Assembly: GCA_028534125.1 (NCBI GenBank)
Contig: CM052816.1
Location: forward strand, 14,262,001 to 14,326,000
Direction of reading: 5' to 3'
From: Lama glama
Taxonomy: Eukaryota
DNA length: 64,000 nucleotides
A program made the translations under genes and the position numbers. The stretch's first letter is position 1. Every line of letters starts with the position of its first letter. Positions 50,471-60,915 of the stretch are shown one piece after another. Below the pieces are notes generated by a model, which ran no database searches, was not told where the DNA came from, and saw nothing but the letters and a program-made list of their open reading frames with translations.

Positions 50471-51659
50471 TTTTTTCTAAGAAATCATTCTACCCATCTT
50501 CTCAGTATTCTAAAAATTTTCTTTGATCATTGGCCATATAGGCCACAAATACACCAAAACCTTTAAATCTTGATAAAACATTCTAAGGGGCATTCCATGA
50601 TATAATTAAAATGTCTTTTGATACTAAAAAAATAAAACACACAGGCACCATTTGCTCCTTCTTCCAGGACTGCGACGTCATCTAACATGAAAATGGTTTG
50701 GCCTGCTTGAGATGAAACTCTTTCCCTCATCTATCAAAACCTCCTTTTCCCAAAGTTGCTCTACAACGTCATCAGACTATAGTATGAACTTCTTAGTGAT
50801 GTCCACAAACAGGCAACTTCTTTAGCAGACAATGAGTCAAATCTAAAGCAAAACATTCTGCAGTCTGTTTTTAAGCCTCTATGGCAAATATTATACTTGC
50901 CTACTTTCACTGGATTTAAATCCAAATATCTCAAAACATTTCAAGAAGTATTTGGCAAAATTAATGATATAGCCAAAGATCTACCGTAGTGAGGCAAAGA
51001 GGGCTTAGAATGGATGAACAGGAATAAATGTTCCTCAAAGAAAGCAACACACAACAGGTTTCTCAAGATTGGATCTACCTAGACCTTTCTGAAACAGTGC
51101 TTCAGAATGTTTGGACACAAAATCTCAGCTTCAAAATGCAAAGAGAGAAAAAATAAATAAAGCCACAGGGAACCTATGAGCCCAGCCTACCTGTGTAGTC
51201 TGTCATGACGCTAAAAATTCAGGTTGTATTGCACATATTGTTCTATCAATCAAAAGACCATAAAGGCAAAAGCATTGTTTGCATTTATGAATGAATCATA
51301 CAGTTTTCCATTACACTTACCTTGTTAGATGACCAGCTCAGTTTGATTAACCAGATCAAATAGAAGTCAAAAGGGCCTTTTGTGACAACCAGAGTATCAT
51401 GCTCCGATCAAGTTGCCTGGACAATTCACCAACATTCCATAATTCAAAAGCCTTTTAAATATGTATATCCTCTCACCAAGCATTTCCACACCTCGAAATT
51501 TATACTAAAGAAATAGTTGTAGATGTATGTAAAAGAAACTTCAGTGACTGAAAAAAATTATAAACACCCTTAGAGACCAACAATAGGCAACTGATTAAAT
51601 TCTGGTTCAGCCATACAAATGTCCACTATGCAGACATTAAAATATGAACCCACCTTATT

Positions 51660-51900
51660 ATGTAGCTATAGTGTGTGCCTTTGTACATGTATGTGCACAA
51701 TACACATAATGCAAATTAGTGGATGCACATGTGTTTGAGAACATGTGAGTATGTACACATACCTGTGCATATATGCACAAAGTGTATGCACGTATAATCA
51801 GGGGCACGTGTACAAAGATGTGCCTGTATATGTATGCATGGATGCGTAAGAGAATACATATGCACATGGATATATTTGCTAATGTATATGCCTATATTTG
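51660..51900. repeat. Degenerate alternating purine-pyrimidine (TG/CA/TA) low-complexity tract
   Basis: tgtacatgtatgtgcacaatacacat..atgtacacatacctgtgcatatatgcac. Confidence 0.75.
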
Positions 51901-51954
51901 GACCATAAGCCTGTGTTTTTAAGGAGGTACATGTGTATTTTAACCTTGTAATCA

Positions 51955-52130
51955 CTACTTAGAAGCTGTGACCTTGAGCAAGTTACTTAGCCTCTTGGCA
52001 GTCTTGACTTCGGTCATCTATACAGTACCAATCCTGCCTCAAAGGGGTTTTATGAGGATTAAGTGAAATAATGGATATAAAGCACTTAGTACCATGACTG
52101 GCACATAGTAAATGCTCAATCAATATTAGC
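51955..52130 (+). mobile_element. MIR
   Basis: gctgtgaccttgagcaagttacttagcctct..gaggattaagtga..tggcacatagtaaatgctcaat. Confidence 0.82.
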
Positions 52131-53907
52131 TTTCTTTATCTGTACACATGTATACTGACCTATACTTCTGTGTATTTACATAGCTATAAGTCCACAAGGA
52201 TACACACCAAAATATTAACTTAGGCTGTCTATCCGTGATAGGTTTTTGTTGTGGGGTTTGGTTTTCATATTTTGCAATTTTTCTAGTAAGATCAATTCTT
52301 TTTTTCATTCTTTTGAAGGTTTCTTCAAAATAATGATTAAAAAAAAAGATGGTCTGTCCCTAACATACCTCAATTCTGCATATTTAAAGTATTAAACACG
52401 ACACTGAGAAATACGCAATTGTGATACTCCACCAAATTTTTTTGTATTCTAGCAGTGTATCAGCATTACCTAAGAGCTCAAGAAGATGGCAGCACAAAGA
52501 AAAGCCATAGCGTTCTGCTTGTTTGCCTTATCCAAGGCAGGATGAAAAGAATGAATTAAATTACACTATGGGGTACGTGTGATTTGCGAACACCTTGATG
52601 ACAGATAATTGATACCTGTCACTTGTATTTTACTAAAGTAGGCAGGAACCATGAGCCTTGGCCAAGGTCATACAAAAAAGAACGTGCCAGACCCCTGGCT
52701 GTGAAAGATCTAAGGACTAGACTGCATTGCCACAATTTGGGCGTGCTTATGAAACCAGTAAGCTAAATTCTTAACCAGTCATATCGGGAGTTGGGCTGTA
52801 GGAGGGCGGAAATTACAACACAGGGCTGATGACGGCAAAACCACCCAGTAACTGGCCCCACCAGGGTTAATCTAGATGTTTTAATCGTATTGATTGTCCT
52901 TACGTCTAAAATATGAAACTGTGGATCATCTATGATAGGCCATTTAATTTCATAAAAGCACGACTGCCATTCGTAGGCAAATTATATTGAAAGCATTTGA
53001 AACAAAACGCAAGCCGTTATTTGCGGTTCCAATCAACACTGGCTCAATTCCCACAATTATGATGTGTTAGATTAAATACCTCTAAAAATCCTGCAGAATG
53101 TTTTTCTTAATTTCCGAGGGAAACCCGGCTACAGACAGAGGCGAGTAAAACAAGCAGCTCTTCTTCCTAGGACCTCAATTTAAAAATCATGCCGGAGATA
53201 ATAATCCAATCATCCCCACACACTGCCTCCGCAGCTACGATATTCAGTATCTTTAAACGTCATTTCCAAGATTTAAAAACACACACTCAGGCACACGCCC
53301 TGCAGTCTTCAACGTAGCTCGACATTTTAGGGGCATCACCAGTTAAATGTAGCCTTTTAAAAATCTACTGCAAACTGCGGGCTTGTCCCTTGTCGCATTT
53401 TGACTTTTGTCTTAAAACGGAGGCGAGGGGGATGGGTTCCGACAAGCAGACTAGGCTCTGAAACCCTGAGTAATCGCATCTCGCTGCGGAGAGCTGTCGG
53501 CAGCAGTCGCAGCGATTTTAATCTTTCCTCTCCACATAGTTTCCTTTTCCATTTCATCCTTTTTTTTTTCTTTCCAGTGACATCAAACCCACGGTGGTAA
53601 AAGGAAACCTGAAGGCCCCCAGGTCGAAGCCTCGGGAGGGTCGTGGGTTCTGACCCCGGGACCCGCCCGCCGTGGGAAGTGCGAAACGCTGCGGGGCGGA
53701 GGTTTTTCCACCGCGTCAGACCCGCCCCGGGTCGCGGCCGCCTCGAATCCGAGCCCGGGGCCCGGCCGGCCCGCCCAGGCCCAGCGCGGCCTGCCAAGCC
53801 GCGGCGCCGAGTTGGCCACAGGCGGGGCCGCAGAGGAGGCCTGAAGCGGCGAGAGGGGACGGCAGGGACCGGGTCCAGGGTCCGGGGAGACACCAGGCGC
53901 TGCTCAC

Positions 53908-53970
53908 CTGCTGGTACCGGCTGCCGGAGGCCGGCTCGACCGCCGCCAGCGCCGCCAACGCCAACGCCAT
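53908..53970 (-). CDS. NDFIP1: NDFIP1 coding exon 1 (MALALAALAAVEPASGSRYQQ)
   Basis: ATG at 53970 in strong Kozak context GCCATGG; donor CAG|GTGAGC at 53907; 63 nt, phase 0; inside CpG island. Confidence 0.97.
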
Positions 53971-54083
53971 GGCGCAGCCGGTCGCAGGGAAGGAGGGCGA
54001 GCGAGCGAGCTGAAGGGGCGCGGGCGCTGAGGCCTGGGGGCGCCGGGAGGCTGGCGGGGACGCGCCTCGGGTGGGTCTCAGTG

Positions 54084-54104
54084 GCCGCCGCCGCCGCCGC
54101 CGCC
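54084..54104. repeat. (GCC)7, i.e. (GGC)7 in probable 5'UTR
   Basis: Direct count. Confidence 0.9.
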
Positions 54105-54179
54105 GGGCCAGCCGCTCTCCTCGGGCTGTGAGCGCAGCCGCTGCCGAGCCTCCGACGCGGCCCCTAGGGAGGAGGCGGG

Positions 54180-54197
54180 GACGACGACGACGACGAC
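54180..54197. repeat. (GAC)6 triplet repeat near probable TSS
   Basis: Direct count. Confidence 0.9.
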
Positions 54198-54292
54198 GCT
54201 GCGCCGCCGCCCCGCCCCGCCCCCGACTCGCGCCGCCCGGCCCGCCCCGCCTGGCCCCGCGGTGCCGCCGCCCGGGGTGGGGCCCGCCCCGT

Positions 54293-54356
54293 CTCCCCGC
54301 CTCCCCGCCTCCCCGCCTCCCCGCCTCCCCGCCTCCCCGCCTCCCCGCCTCCCCGC
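54293..54356. repeat. Perfect tandem repeat (CTCCCCGC)8
   Basis: Eight exact 8-nt units counted directly. Confidence 0.95.
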
Positions 54357-54699
54357 CTCGCCTCCAGGATTGATTCTTCCCAAAGCTGATGGCTCTCAGG
54401 CCACCGCGGAGCTGGCGATGCTGGTGGAGGGCGCCTGGTTCCGAACCCCGACCTTCCCCTGCCTGTTCTCTTCTAAGCCGCATCACACACCCCTGACACA
54501 GGGGCCGCAGCCCCATCTTAGCGGTCGTTGGCGCCCAGGGAGGTTGACAGTCTTACACAGCAGCCATCGGATCCCTGGTATCTGGCTGCAGAATCTCGGT
54601 TCTTATCCATGCCCTTCATGTCTGCCATCCTCCTAGATCAAGGGTCTGTCCACTACATGGCAGAGGCCAAAGCTGGGCCAGTGACCATAGAAAGTATGT

Positions 54700-54830
54700 G
54701 ATATTAAAATTTCTGTGTCCAAAACTTAAGTTTTATTGGAACATAGCAGCTCCTATTTGTTTAGTATGGCGTGCAAACCCTATATTACTTGTTCTCTGAC
54801 CCTTTAGAGAAAAAGTTTGCTGACCTTATA
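54700..54830 (-). mobile_element. MER58-like hAT fragment
   Basis: aagttttattggaacatagc..tctgaccctttagagaaaaagtttgctgacc. Confidence 0.65.
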
Positions 54831-55119
54831 TCCTAGTGAACCCCTTGAACTCAACGCCTATTTAGAGTGGCTGATAATACTAGAACCGTCATTTTCATGC
54901 AGTCCTTTTATAGTTTTAACAACCTCATCCGTGGATACAGACACGGTATTTTATGAACCAAAGCTCTCTGAGGAGGTGACATGAAAGGCGAAACTTCAAA
55001 AGACATAGCCATGCTAAGAGCTTTCCAGGTGACAGGAACATGTATGCAAAGAGGGTGAGGAAAGTGAGAGCTTGCCTTGTGGAAGGAAAGAGAGGCAGCA
55101 TTAAGAGCCATATAGGAGA

Positions 55120-55245
55120 TACAATTATTGATGTTTCACAGATGAGGAAGTTATGCCTGAAGAGATGAAATATCTTACCCGAGAACACAGAGCTTTAAGG
55201 GGGAAAGCTGGAATGTAAACTCATCAAGCTGGCTTTCTTAACCAT
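55120..55245 (-). mobile_element. MIR fragment
   Basis: ttcacagatgaggaag..cttacccgagaacacagag. Confidence 0.6.
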
Positions 55246-57129
55246 TATCATGCAACTAAATTATCCACTTTGTGAAGATGAGAGTAATTGTCTTTAAAAT
55301 ATTTTGATATCTCCCATTGCATCTAGCACAGTCTAGCTATCTGCACTGTAGCAGGCTTTTGAGGTCTGCTGTTTCTTTCTGTCATACCCAGCCATCTGTA
55401 ATTGCTTCTACCCACATGTCCAATACAGGAAAAAAAAAAAAAAAAACCTTGATCTCTGAAGCTTGTCGCCATTCCCATTTCTTGATTGCCATTCCAAGCT
55501 GGTAGTCTAGAGTTGGCGTTAATACGATGATTGTTTTATCTTCTAAATTTCAAGTTTAGTTCACTATATCTTTTAAACCTTAGCTGTGTTTTGAACTTAC
55601 CCTGAGGTTTCTGTATATAGGAGCCAATTGTAATCAACAAGAATTCTGTATGTTTCTCTTCCTCACTTCGTGTTCTCTACCAGTATCCAAACTCCAACAT
55701 GTCTGTCCCTATTGCCAAGCACTGGGCTCATGTATTTCCCCTGTAGGAGAGTGAACAAATCCAGCCACGTGCCCATCTGAGCGTTTCTAAGTGGTCTGCT
55801 CCTTAGTCGGTCCTGCAGTTGTTCTTTTTAATCCAAAAAAACAAACTTTACATTTAATAAGGTACAGCGAGTCACTCCAAACATATTATCCTCCCGTGTG
55901 GTCTTATATAAGGGGGAAAAAAGTCTAATTTCAAATGTTAAGAAAATCTCATCAATGGAAAGTAGAAATCCAGACTCCTTTGCCCAGATTATCTAAATTT
56001 ACGGGTAAGAAAGAATAAAAAAAGAAGACGTCTGTGCTGAAACATACGGCTCTTGGAGCAACAGCTGCTGCCTTCATGCATGTCTGCAGCACTTCTGTGG
56101 CTTTTGTGGAAAAGAAGTTGCTGTCTTTCCCATCTACTTCTTTCCTAAATTGCTTTCTCCCTCAATAGCTACTCCCTGCATGTGGACATACATATTAATC
56201 ATAATATAAATACGGGGCTTTCTCATAGGAATATTTTCTCTCAAAAGAAAAAAAAAAAGTTGATCTCCAGTTTCTAATCTCCCTTTCCTATTCCTTTTCT
56301 GATGTCCTGAATAAGAATGTTTTGTGTTAATAGTAAAGATTTGTTCTTTTTTTTTTCCCCTTTGAGTTCTCCCAAAGCCTTAAATAAGTAAATCGAAATG
56401 GTTTGTGTTGATTCAATGGCTGGGTAAACTGGAGAACTGAGAAACTGAGTCACTGTGGCAAAAGGTGTCCGGATGGCAAGCAAATTGTACAGTGAAGGGG
56501 AAACCTCTGAATTTCTGGCTCACAGATCCATGCCTGCTGCAAGCCAAGCAGACAGAGAAGATAATCCAAGCCTATAAAAATTGCACTCTTTGGCTTCATC
56601 TTGAGATGTTGTCAAGAGAGTTTCCACAGAGAAAGTTATTAATTTCAGATTGCTACACTTAGAAGCTTATTTCCCCACAGAACAGCAGTAATACTTTCCA
56701 TGTGCAATACTTTTTATGAGAATTGCTGACTCTGAATCATCCATCCTGAGAAGAGAAAGATTATGGACAAGTAAGAGCATAGCTCATATCTGCTTCCCCA
56801 TCCCTTCCCCCAATTTAGACAAAAGTCTCCTCCAGGATAGGTGTGGTCTTCTGTCTTTCACATCACCCAAGGCCTGTCCTAGGCAGTACTGAGCTCAATA
56901 AGTAACCAAGAAGGGTTGGTTAAATTTTAAACAAAGCCTCATTGGTCTGATATCTCATTTCAGGCCTTGAATGTCTCCAGCTAACCTTTACAGGGCTCCA
57001 GCTGAACCACGCATTTCCGTTTCTACTGACTTACTATTTCTTAAATTCCCCTTACATTACTAGGACTTTCATTAAGGGCAAAGGTTATGTCTTCCTATGG
57101 CAAATAAAGAAATTATCCACTGATAATTA

Positions 57130-57290
57130 CTACTGTTTGTAGAGCACCTCCCGGGTCTTGGACTCTCATACATCATCTCCTTAATCTTCATAACAAAACC
57201 ATTCTGCAGATGAAGAGATTCAGGAAATGTATATCACTTGCTCAGCTAGTGAGTGGTGGAACCAACATGCAAACTTAGATCTGTCTGACA
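57130..57290 (-). mobile_element. MIR fragment
   Basis: ttaatcttcataacaa..ccattctgcagatgaagag..cagctagtgagtggtggaacc. Confidence 0.65.
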
Positions 57291-57587
57291 ACTTTGTGTG
57301 GAGGGAATAGAGGGCACAGAAGAAATATGGAGACTTCACACCGAAATGGAGACGATAATAAACACAGATTCCGGACATACTTTTAAATATAAAAATTGTA
57401 AGTTAATTATAATTGTGTTGGGTTATATTAAATAATACCAAGAGGTGGTGAAGAGAATTCTGTGGCCAGGTGTGATAATCAGGTGAGGATAGAGGAGGAA
57501 GGGTTTTGAATGAGAAAAAAGCTCTGTCACGATGGGAAGAGAGGAAGGCATAGCAAGTCATGAATATGCTTGTATCAAAGCTTAGAA

Positions 57588-57910
57588 GAGGGATCCACAA
57601 ACTCTTGTATAAGGGGATAGATAGCAAATATTTGGTGCTTTGTGGGCCACAAGCTTTCTGTCATAGATACTCCACTCTGTCATTGTATCATGAACACAGC
57701 CATGGACAATACCAGACAAACTGGCACAGCTGTGTTCCAATTATTTATGGACACTAAAATTTGAACTTCTTGTCATTTTCACATTATGAAATAATACTCT
57801 TTTAATGTTTTTCATCTCTTTAAAAATGTAAAAACTATTCTTAATGCAGATCGTACAAAAACAGGTGGTGGGCTGGATTTGGCCCCCAGGCAGTAGTTTG
57901 CCAATCCCTA
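57588..57910 (+). mobile_element. MER58B-like hAT-Charlie non-autonomous DNA transposon
   Basis: ctttgtgggccac..gctgtgttccaat..tttatggacact..acaaaaacaggtggtgggctggatttggccc..gtagtttgccaatccc. Confidence 0.85.
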
Positions 57911-58339
57911 GTTTCACAGAGGAACAAAAAAAGTTTATATGCTAAGAGCCTGAGTAGGAAGTTTAAACCACAGAATAATGAAGAAGGCCTGCCTAATGGG
58001 GAGGGAAGGAAAAGAGTGAAGAGGATGGGAATTTATAAAAGCTCTTAAAACATAAATGGTTTGTGCGAAAAAGTATGTCAGAGGAAAAGGATTAGTCAAG
58101 TAGGAATCCAGCATGAGGTTCTTGACTCCTTGGTTTGCCTTCTTGCCACCAGAATGCAGCTGATTCTTTAATTGAGCACATATTAATTTAGCACAATCAA
58201 ATATGTGCTAAATTGTGGCTTTCTGCCTAGAAGCTGAAACTATGAAAGAATAATTTCTCATTTATTCTCCAAAATGAAATTGAGAAATGCTAAGGGTGGT
58301 TACTTGTTTTAGTTAACATATCTAAAGGTTTTGTGTTAT

Positions 58340-58835
58340 GGCTTTATTTTCATAAATCTCTAAGGATTTTCTAATTTCCTATATGAGTTTTTGGACCCAT
58401 TGGTTACTGAGCAGGGTGTGGTTTAACTTCCTCATATGTGTTCACGTTCCCAATTTCTTTCAATTGATTGCTAATTTCATTCCATTGTAGTTGGAGAACA
58501 TACTCTGTATTATTTCAATCCTTTTAAATTTATTAAGTTTGCTTTATGGTCCAGCATATGGTCTATCCTGGAGAATGCTCCATGTCTACTTGAAAAGAAT
58601 GTATATTCTGCTGTTGTTCGGTGGAGTGTTCTGTGGGTGTCTATTATATCTAGTTGGCTTATGGTGTGACTCAGATCTTCTGTTTCCTTGTTGATCTTCT
58701 GCCCAGTTGTTCTAGCCATTATTGAAAGTGTATTGTTGAAGCCTCCAATTATTATTGTTGAACTGTCTATTTCTCTCTTTAGTTATGTCAGTTTTGCTTC
58801 ATGTATTATAGTGCTTTACTTTTAGATGCATATGT
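58340..58835 (-). mobile_element. L1 ORF2 endonuclease-domain fragment
   Basis: ORF 58510..58719(-) QKINKETEDL..RTLHRTTAEYTFFSSRHGAFSRIDHML matches the L1 APE endonuclease motif. Confidence 0.9.
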
Positions 58836-60594
58836 TAACAGTATTTACTTATCCTATACACTGTCTTCATCCAAAAAGGATTTAAGTGGTTACAGTATAG
58901 CCAGAAATCACAGCTTAAAGTAGATGAGAAAGAAAAAGCAAAAACAAGAGTAGCAACGAACATGAAACAGACTTTGTCTTCTTGTTCACTATCATCTCTG
59001 TGCGAACAGAGCCTGACACATAGCCAGCCCTTGTAGGATTGTAATAACATTAGGAATGAAGTTAACACAAAAATGAAGTTACACATATTTCAAGTGCATC
59101 ATAAATTTGGCATCCAATTAAAGTAAAGACCTGTTTGGTTATAAAACTGATAGTGAACCCGAGCTAAGTAAAACAAGAGAAGATACCAAAACCAATGGAG
59201 AAATTTCTTCCAAGAGTCTTCGGCAATATTTAATTATAAAGATGCTAAATTGACCCCTCTCTCCTAAACAGAATATATGCTTTAAGTTTTGGGAATCCTC
59301 GCTGTCAGGAGTGATGCTACAGCTGGTCCATTTACTGCCATATTTGATTGTGCAAATTACACATTGCCCCACTCCAGGAACAGCCATGACACATGACACC
59401 CACCCCCTGCATCTGGGCAATATATGATCTGTGTGACCATAGGAGGTGACCCCGTAATACCTTTGAGTGATTGCTCCCTTAAAAAAATGGCTCATAATTT
59501 ATTTAGGGGCATTATGGGTGGCAAAGAACAGCAAAACGTCCACAAGGAAATCGAATGACTGACCCTCATCATTGGACACTATGTACCAGCCAACTGCATT
59601 AACTAGTTCCTTGAAAAAAAGAACGAGGTGATTAGGGAAAAATACTTAAATCTCCAACCCTCAGGCTGATTAGAAGGGTAAGAAAAGGGTTTCTCACATT
59701 TCCCAGGAGGGTAGTTTTCTTACTGTGTTTAGGGAGAATCATAAGGAACACAATTACACGCGGGAAATACTAAAGCTCGGAGCTTGCACTGCCGTGGTGT
59801 GTCAGGGGAGAAACAATTTGTGCTAATTATGACACAAAAGAGAAGCGACCCTCAGGGACCCTCCCAGTGGAAGAAGCTGATGTTGGCTTAAACTCAGCAG
59901 CAGCTTGTGGGCATGCATGCTGGCTCCTATAGGTCTTCAGGGAACCGTTCCCAGATGACTCAGAGCAGGCCTCAGGCAAAGTATAAGAGAGAATCTCTAG
60001 TTCTCAATGAGATTCCATACCTGGAAATAATACCTTAGTTTTTAAGCAGTGCTGACACCCTGGCCAAATCATTCAGGAACTCCTCTCTCACAGGTCTCAC
60101 CCTCATCACCACATCTTCAGTAACTAAAGGCCATAGATGGAGCAAAGACAAGACCCTCCCCCTCCCGGGTGCCAGTTCCTTCCCTCGAGTCAGCGGTGCT
60201 GTAACAGGGCGGGGATACTAGGTGAGAAAGCATCCTGGGAACACTGGCCTTTCCCAGAGTTGGTTGTGACAAAATAGGATGCAAAACCCCAGATTTTGAT
60301 TTTAAATTGTGTAACTGGGTACTCACGTGGTGGTGGGCTGAGTGGAAGCTGCGTTGTTGAAACACCAAACATCCTCTTGCCTTGTTTTTCCTTTACCTGT
60401 TAAGCCTTTGTCACTCTGTACGCAAGGATGGACAGTATCCTCATCTACACATCATCCAGAATACCAGCTTAAAATCCCACTGATGTTTGTCACCATAAAA
60501 AGTTTGAAGGCACACCTTTCATTGTCCACTGCCCCAACAAAGGTGCCTCTGATGGCACTGGCCCCAAGAACAGTGCTTTAATAACTCACACACA

Positions 60595-60915
60595 CTGAGC
60601 ACTTACTTTATGCGGGGGGCTGTGCCAAGTAATTTACATTTATTATCTTTTTTTGTTTTACCACTCACAGTAGATACACGAGACAGAGTCCATTTCGATC
60701 TCTGTTCTATGGATGAGGGAACAAGTGACATGAAAGTTAAGTATCTCGCCTGTGTGTATGTGTCATAGAAAATTGGGGCTAAAAGGACTTTAGAAATCAT
60801 TTGATTTGATCCTTCGCTTTACAGATGAGGTAAGTGAGCTCAGAGAGTTTAAGTCCCAAGCCCATGATCTCACAGCCAGGAAGTGGCAGAGCTGACACCT
60901 AACGCAAGGTTCCTT
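60595..60915 (-). mobile_element. Two adjacent MIR fragments
   Basis: ttctatggatgagggaac..gttaagtatctcgcc; tttacagatgaggtaagtgagctcagagag..cacagccaggaagtggcagagc. Confidence 0.7.

Larger units (their letters stand above)
8280..54200 (-). other. NDFIP1: NDFIP1 gene locus (8 exons; 221-aa NEDD4-family HECT E3 adaptor with 3 PY motifs and 3 predicted TM helices); TSS and 3' end approximate
   Basis: Spliced translation MALALAALAAVEPASGSRYQQLQNEEESGEPQQAAGDAPPPYSSISAESAAYFDYKDESGFPKPPSYNVATTLPSYDEAERTKTEATIPLVPGRDEDFVGRDDFDDPDQMRIGNDGIFMLTFFMAFLFNWIGFFLSFCLTTSAAGRYGAISGFGLSLIKWILIVRFSTYFPGYFDGQYWLWWVFLVLGFLLFLRGFINYAKVRKMPDTFSNLPRTRVLFIY*; coding lengths 63+88+131+88+125+67+104=666 nt, frame-consistent, all GT-AG. 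Confidence 0.98.
53400..54550. promoter_or_regulatory. NDFIP1: CpG island / TATA-less NDFIP1 promoter with multiple GC boxes
   Basis: Very high GC and CpG density versus CpG-depleted flanks; several CCCCGCCC/CCCGCCCC boxes at 54210-54290; overlaps exon 1. Confidence 0.95.

Noticed and set aside
53357..54636. Long ORFs over the CpG island, including the 266-aa frame 53716..54516(-) in frame with the NDFIP1 ATG (N-terminal extension)
   Set aside because: Stop-codon scarcity in GC-rich DNA; low-complexity R/G/P/A translations of repeats; ATG 54516 is probably upstream of the TSS and in-frame CTGs have a weak -3 context. Ribo-seq would be needed to revisit
58510..58719. Endonuclease-like ORF as a domesticated gene
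   Set aside because: Short fragment of a decayed L1 ORF2; no extended open frame or evident exon structure
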